In this document: piece by piece, positions 16,712 through 21,237 of the stretch | How the letters are laid out: every line of letters starts with the position of its first letter | Numbering within the stretch: the stretch's first letter is position 1 | Assembly: GCA_048937405.1 (NCBI GenBank) | Contig: JBHLNF010000010.1 | Coordinates: 1-21,237 of the forward strand | Origin: Promethearchaeota archaeon | Lineage (GTDB): Archaea; Asgardarchaeota; Lokiarchaeia; Sigyniarchaeales; SOKP01 | DNA length: 21,237 nucleotides | Reading direction: 5' to 3' | Notes under the pieces: model-generated | What the model was told of the DNA's origin: nothing | The model's database searches: none | Seen by the model: only the letters and a program-made list of their open reading frames with translations | Position numbers and translations under genes: made by a program

Positions 16712-16768
16712 AACATAACGATTCGCTTAAATAAAACAGAAATATTATTATTATTCGCCTAAAAAATA

Positions 16769-16775
16769 GAGGTGA
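16769..16775 (+). promoter_or_regulatory. Shine-Dalgarno site of aor
   Basis: GAGGTGA ending 5 nt before ATG 16781, supporting that start over GTG 16772. Confidence 0.7.
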
Positions 16776-16780
16776 AAAAT

Positions 16781-18511
16781 ATGCCAAAAAGAATTTTAAG
16801 AGTTAATATGAGTAACCTTGAAGCTAAATTTGAAGACTTACCTGAAGATTATGCTACTTTGGGTGGGCGTGGTATGACTTCAACAATAGTTGCTAAAGAG
16901 GTACCACCAACTTGTAATGCATTAGGTCCTCATAATAAATTAGTGTTAGCACCAGGGATAGTCACTGGTACTGCGGCACCATCAAGTGGAAGATTATCTG
17001 TGGGAGGTAAATCTCCTTTAACAGGAGGTATAAAAGAAGCGAATGCTGGAACCCCATTCTCGCAAATGTTAGCAAGGATGCAAATAGGAGCGATAATAAT
17101 AGAAGGTAAACATGAAAAAGACGATTATTATCTCCTAAAAATAAGTATGGATGGAGTAGAATTCATAAATGCTAAAAAATGGTCTGGAAAAGGATTATAT
17201 GGAGTATATAAGGATCTCTTTAAAGAATTTGGTGATAAAGTAGGAATTTGTGGAGTCGGAATAGCTGCTGAACTTTTAGGGGCAATGTCAGGAGTCTGTT
17301 TTAATGATCCTGAAGGATTGCCAAGTCGATACGCTGGAAGAGGTGGATTAGGTGCTGTTATGGCATCAAAAGGTTTAAAATTTATAATAGTTGATGAGAA
17401 GGGAGCTCCAGGAGTAGAAATTGCAAATCAAGAAGTATTTAAAGCAGGTATTAAAAAATTAAGAGATGCATTAACTTCTCATGATGTTACAAAGCCAGGA
17501 GGAGCACTTAATTCTTATGGTACATCTGTATTAGTAAATATAATTAATGAAGCAGGAGCATTACCTCAGAGAAACTTTTCTGTTGGTCAAGATGATCGCG
17601 CTGAAAAGGTTTCCGGTGAAGCAAAAGCCGAAATTATCAAAAAAAGAGGTGGGGAAAGACCGCATTTTTGCAATCCTGGTTGCATTATACAATGTTCAGA
17701 AGTTTGGGTGAAACCAGGTGGTAAAGATCCCGTTGGTGTCCTAGAATATGAGAGCGTTTGGGCACTTGGACCAAATAGTGGAATCTATGATTTAGATGAC
17801 ATTGGTGAATTAAATCGTGCCTGTAATGATTTAGGATTAGATACAATAGAAGCGGGAGACACATTAGCAGTAGCAATGGAAGGAGGTTTGATTGAATTTG
17901 GGGATGGAAAAGGAGCCTTAAACCTCATGGAAGAAATTAGGAAGAAAACACCGACAGGAAAAATATTAGCTAACGGAACGGAAATTACCGGAAAGGTTTT
18001 AGGAGTTACAAGAATTCCAACAGTCAAAGGACAAGGATTACCCGCCTACGATCCAAGAGCAATTAAAGGAATTGGTGTAACATTTGCAACAACTCCTATG
18101 GGAGCTGATCATACTGCTGGTTATGCGATTGCTCCAGAAATCTTAGGAGTAGGAGGACAACTAGATCCAATGGATCCTAAAAAAGCAGAAGTTTCACGGA
18201 ATCTTCAATTCGCTACAGCAGCTGTTGATGCATCAGGATATTGTCTTTTTATTGCATTTGCAATATTAGATATTCCTGAAGGATTACAAGGTGTTGTCGA
18301 GTCTTTAAATGGAGTACTAGGAACTAATCTAACTGTTGATGACGTTGGACCCATTGGAAAATCTATTATTGACACAGAAATTGATTTCAATAAAAAGGCT
18401 GGATTTACTCCTATCCATGATAGACTACCAGAGATGTTTACAGAAGAAAAACTCCCACCACATAATACTGTATTTGATGTACCAGACGAAGATTTAGATA
18501 GTGTATTTTAA
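16781..18511 (+). CDS. aor: Aldehyde:ferredoxin oxidoreductase (tungstopterin AOR family)
   Basis: LGGRG, KSPLTGGIKEANAG, AGRGGLGAVMASKGLK, CNPGCIIQC Fe-S motif, EYES, CNDLGLDTI, VKGQGLPAYDPR, GADHT, GYCLF, DRLP. Confidence 0.95.
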   Translation: MPKRILRVNMSNLEAKFEDLPEDYATLGGRGMTSTIVAKEVPPTCNALGPHNKLVLAPGIVTGTAAPSSGRLSVGGKSPLTGGIKEANAGTPFSQMLARMQIGAIIIEGKHEKDDYYLLKISMDGVEFINAKKWSGKGLYGVYKDLFKEFGDKVGICGVGIAAELLGAMSGVCFNDPEGLPSRYAGRGGLGAVMASKGLKFIIVDEKGAPGVEIANQEVFKAGIKKLRDALTSHDVTKPGGALNSYGTSVLVNIINEAGALPQRNFSVGQDDRAEKVSGEAKAEIIKKRGGERPHFCNPGCIIQCSEVWVKPGGKDPVGVLEYESVWALGPNSGIYDLDDIGELNRACNDLGLDTIEAGDTLAVAMEGGLIEFGDGKGALNLMEEIRKKTPTGKILANGTEITGKVLGVTRIPTVKGQGLPAYDPRAIKGIGVTFATTPMGADHTAGYAIAPEILGVGGQLDPMDPKKAEVSRNLQFATAAVDASGYCLFIAFAILDIPEGLQGVVESLNGVLGTNLTVDDVGPIGKSIIDTEIDFNKKAGFTPIHDRLPEMFTEEKLPPHNTVFDVPDEDLDSVF

Positions 18512-18531
18512 ATCCACATCTAGAAGAAGAA

Positions 18532-18816
18532 ATGCCAATCAATGTGAAACTATTCGGAGATTTACGAAAAAAAATTAAACCTGATATTTCAGGTACTAAT
18601 TCACTAAAAATCGAAATTGATGATTCAGAAGTTAATAGAATTATAGATCTTCTAAAAAAGTTGAATATCGAAGAAAATGAGATAACCCATATATTTGTGA
18701 ACTCTAGATATGCAGGATTACATAAAAAAATAGAAGATAAAGATATTGTGGCTTTATTTCCACGGAATATGGCATTATTATATAAATGGTATTTTAGACG
18801 AGAAGAAGATGAATGA
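18532..18816 (+). CDS. MoaD/ThiS-like protein without C-terminal diglycine
   Basis: INVKLFGDLR...LLKKLNI...IFVN...IEDKDIVALFP core, ending RNMALLYKWYFRREEDE. Confidence 0.8.
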   Translation: MPINVKLFGDLRKKIKPDISGTNSLKIEIDDSEVNRIIDLLKKLNIEENEITHIFVNSRYAGLHKKIEDKDIVALFPRNMALLYKWYFRREEDE

Positions 18817-19054
18817 TTCATCAATTTCAGTTACAATCAAGTTTTTTGCTACATTAAGACAATATGGCCCAGAAAAGGAATTATTGAAAATTCCAGAAGA
18901 TAGTAAAGTCAAGTTATTATTTGATATGTATAATATTCCAAAGAATGAAAGAAGAGCAATAATTTTAATCAATGGACGACCGCATAAAGATCTGGAGACA
19001 ATTCTGAAAGATGGAGATCTTGTTTCGATTTTCCCGCCTATAGGTGGAGGATGA
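18809..19054 (+). CDS. moaD: MoaD/ThiS/SAMP family sulfur carrier
   Basis: From ATG 18809 (MNDSSISVTIKFFATLR...ILINGR...LKDGDLVSIFPPIGGG); 8-nt overlap with the upstream gene; C-terminal GG. Confidence 0.9.
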   Translation: MNDSSISVTIKFFATLRQYGPEKELLKIPEDSKVKLLFDMYNIPKNERRAIILINGRPHKDLETILKDGDLVSIFPPIGGG

Positions 19055-19073
19055 CCCTTTAAATTACTAAATC

Positions 19074-19082
19074 TTTTTTTTT
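19074..19082 (+). terminator. T9 tract, likely terminator of the aor-moaD unit
   Basis: Nine consecutive T about 20 nt after the moaD stop. Confidence 0.5.
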
Positions 19083-19333
19083 CTCTCATTTTATTTTAAA
19101 TTATAATTAATTCATTTCTTTTTTACTTATTTGTATATTATTTAATTAAAGATTTTAACTCCACAATATTGAAATTTAACACAAATTTATCCCGTTTTTT
19201 CAAGATGTTAAAAATTGTGCGTGATATCGCAACAAAAATTATTCTCTGCTTATATAATATTAAGTAAAGCCTAAAATATTTTTATTGATATTATCAAATA
19301 AATCAGAGATCATTTGTGAGTGATTTAATAATA

Positions 19334-21237
19334 ATGACATTAACAGAAAAGAAACTTCAGGAATCTGAAGAAAAATATCGAAATTTATTTGAGAAGTCTT
19401 CAAATGCGATAGTGTTGCTTGATATTACTGGAAAAATTATAGAATGCAATTCCGCTACTGAGAGTGTATTTGGATATTCTGTTGAGGAACTAATTGGTAA
19501 AAATTACTTAGAATTACCTTATTATTCAAAAAGAATGTTGAATACGTTAATAAAGAGATCTCAAGCAATATCAAAAAAGCTTGATTTGGAACCACAAGAA
19601 TTGGAGGTTAAAAAAAAAGATGGGAATATAGCAACGATTAGAACTATTATATCCTATATAAAACTAGGAAATCAAGATTTTTTTCAAGTTATAATTCAAG
19701 ATATAACCGAACAGAAAAATGCTGAACAAAAATTAAAAGAATCTGAAACTAAGTTTAGATCAATACTCGAAGCAATTCCAGACATATATTTTCTACTCTC
19801 TAAAGACTCCACAGTATTAGAATATCGAGGGAAAAGAGAAGATTTATATCTTGAACCCGAAGAATTTATGGGAAAAAAATTAATTGATATCTTACCATCT
19901 GATCTAGGAAAGAAGACATTGGAATTTGTAAAGAAAACTATAACAACAAAGCAACCTCATAGTTTCGAATATGAATTACCCATAAAAAATGAAATACATT
20001 ATTATGAGGCAAGATATTTTTATCTTTCAGAAGAAAGAATCTCTTGTTTTGTTCGAGATATTACTGAAAGAAAAAAAGCAGAAAAAGAAATTTATAATTT
20101 AGCAAAATTCCCTTCAGAAGATCCAAATCCCATAATGAGAGTTAATAATGAAAAATTACTTTATATTAATCAATCTGGTAAAAATTTATTTAATATCATC
20201 GAAGGTGGTAAGATACCGAAGCAATTCAAAAAAATCTTAAAGCAAGTATTAATGGAAAATATTATAAAAAAATTGGAAATTGAAATTATGGGTAAAAATT
20301 ACTCATTTGCCCTAATACCGATAAAACAAGAGAATTATGTTAATATATATGGTCAGGAAATAACAAAAAGAAAAAAGTTTGAGAATGAATTATTAATAGA
20401 AAAGAAATTTTCTGATGATTTGATTAACACGTCAATTGACACTATTTTTGTTTTTAATCCACAAACTGGAAAAGCAATTCGTTGGAATAAGGCATTTAAC
20501 GAAATTAGTGGATACACAGATGAAGAAATATCTTCAATGAAAGCACCCGATTCTTACTATAGGAAGGAAGATTTAATACGGGCAGCACAGGCTACTAAAG
20601 AGGTAACAAAAGAGGGTTCTACAAAAGTCGAAATGTCATTAATTACTAAAGGTGGTGAAAAGATCCCTTTTGAATATAGTGGAACATTAATGCAAGATAC
20701 CGAAGGTAATACCTTAATTATGTCCATAGGGAGGGATATAACGGAACGAAAAAAATTCGAAATGGAGTTGAAAGAATCTGAAGAAAAATTTAGAACTATC
20801 GCAGAACACTCCCTAGTTGGGATTTCGATAATACAGGATGGAATAATAAAATATTTTAATAAAACACTTACTGAGATAGATGGATATACTGAAGAAGATG
20901 TAAAAAGTTGGAAACCTAATGAGTTCCAAAAAGTATTTCATCCTGAAGATCGGGAATTTGTAATGGAACAAGCCCGAAAAAAACAAAGAGGTGATCCAGA
21001 TGTTATTCCTCAATATCAATATAGAATAACACGAAAAGATGGGAAAATTAGATGGATTGAGATTTTCTCAAAAACGGTAACTTATAAAGGTCGTCCAGCA
21101 GATCTCGCAATGACTCATGATATAACAGACAAGGTCAATGCTGAACGGCTAATAAAGGACTCCGAAGAAAAATTTTCTAAAGCATTCAATTCTAACGCAT
21201 TAGCAATGTGTATAACTACTTTTAAAGAAGGTATAGT
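19334..21237 (+). CDS. Multi-PAS domain sensor protein (probably a histidine kinase), truncated by the window end
   Basis: Not in ORF track (no stop in window). Open from ATG 19334: MTLTEKKLQESEEKYRNLFEKSSNAIVLLD... Five PAS/PAC units ending QDITEQK, RDITERK, QEITKRK, RDITERK, HDITDK, plus the start of a sixth. Output domain not visible. Confidence 0.9.
   Translation, partial: MTLTEKKLQESEEKYRNLFEKSSNAIVLLDITGKIIECNSATESVFGYSVEELIGKNYLELPYYSKRMLNTLIKRSQAISKKLDLEPQELEVKKKDGNIATIRTIISYIKLGNQDFFQVIIQDITEQKNAEQKLKESETKFRSILEAIPDIYFLLSKDSTVLEYRGKREDLYLEPEEFMGKKLIDILPSDLGKKTLEFVKKTITTKQPHSFEYELPIKNEIHYYEARYFYLSEERISCFVRDITERKKAEKEIYNLAKFPSEDPNPIMRVNNEKLLYINQSGKNLFNIIEGGKIPKQFKKILKQVLMENIIKKLEIEIMGKNYSFALIPIKQENYVNIYGQEITKRKKFENELLIEKKFSDDLINTSIDTIFVFNPQTGKAIRWNKAFNEISGYTDEEISSMKAPDSYYRKEDLIRAAQATKEVTKEGSTKVEMSLITKGGEKIPFEYSGTLMQDTEGNTLIMSIGRDITERKKFEMELKESEEKFRTIAEHSLVGISIIQDGIIKYFNKTLTEIDGYTEEDVKSWKPNEFQKVFHPEDREFVMEQARKKQRGDPDVIPQYQYRITRKDGKIRWIEIFSKTVTYKGRPADLAMTHDITDKVNAERLIKDSEEKFSKAFNSNALAMCITTFKEGI

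Noticed and set aside
18746-18808. ORF-track N-terminal extension of moaD from GTG 18746
   Set aside because: Lies inside the upstream gene; the MoaD fold begins after ATG 18809.
19217-19297. Short palindromes upstream of the PAS gene (GTGATATCGC; TTGATA-T-TATCAA)
   Set aside because: Short, imperfect or AT-rich; expected by chance at this base composition.
14259-21019. Minus-strand ORFs 14259-14645, 15243-15461, 15531-15815, 17685-17876, 17785-18027, 18205-18390, 18438-18824, 18778-19089, 20813-21019
   Set aside because: Antisense to the CocE, aor, moaD and PAS genes; no independent coding signal.
1-21237. CRISPR array, transposase, prophage or rRNA
   Set aside because: No spaced direct repeats, mobile-element ORFs or long GC-rich structural RNA seen.

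Overview
AT-rich, gene-dense archaeal DNA, most consistent with an Asgard (Lokiarchaeia-like) genome. This is inferred from an Lsm protein, AOR, a tRNA with a bulge-helix-bulge (BHB) intron, longin-like proteins and a longin-Arf-like GTPase. Metabolic or housekeeping content: 5' end of an acetoacetate-CoA ligase, a flavodoxin-domain protein, a C-GCAxxG-C-C protein, glycerate 2-kinase, a metallophosphoesterase, Lsm, tRNA-Arg(CCU), a Pol-beta-family nucleotidyltransferase, a CocE/NonD hydrolase split by one in-frame TAA, an aor + two moaD-like cluster, and a truncated multi-PAS sensor missing from the ORF track. The most interesting stretch is 2.9-10.6 kb. It holds a stand-alone longin-like protein, a 7-blade BBS2/BBS7/ITFG2-like propeller with two winged-helix-like repeats, a 714-aa all-beta protein with collinear similarity to the mu-homology domain of AP-mu/delta-COP, and a longin-Arf-like GTPase, i.e. 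candidate parts of a proto-coat/adaptor system. Also notable: a 30-nt T-loop (58/59) tRNA intron with a strict BHB, and a UFM1-like beta-grasp protein beside aor. Remote-homology calls are by-eye comparisons to remembered sequences and need profile or structure searches.
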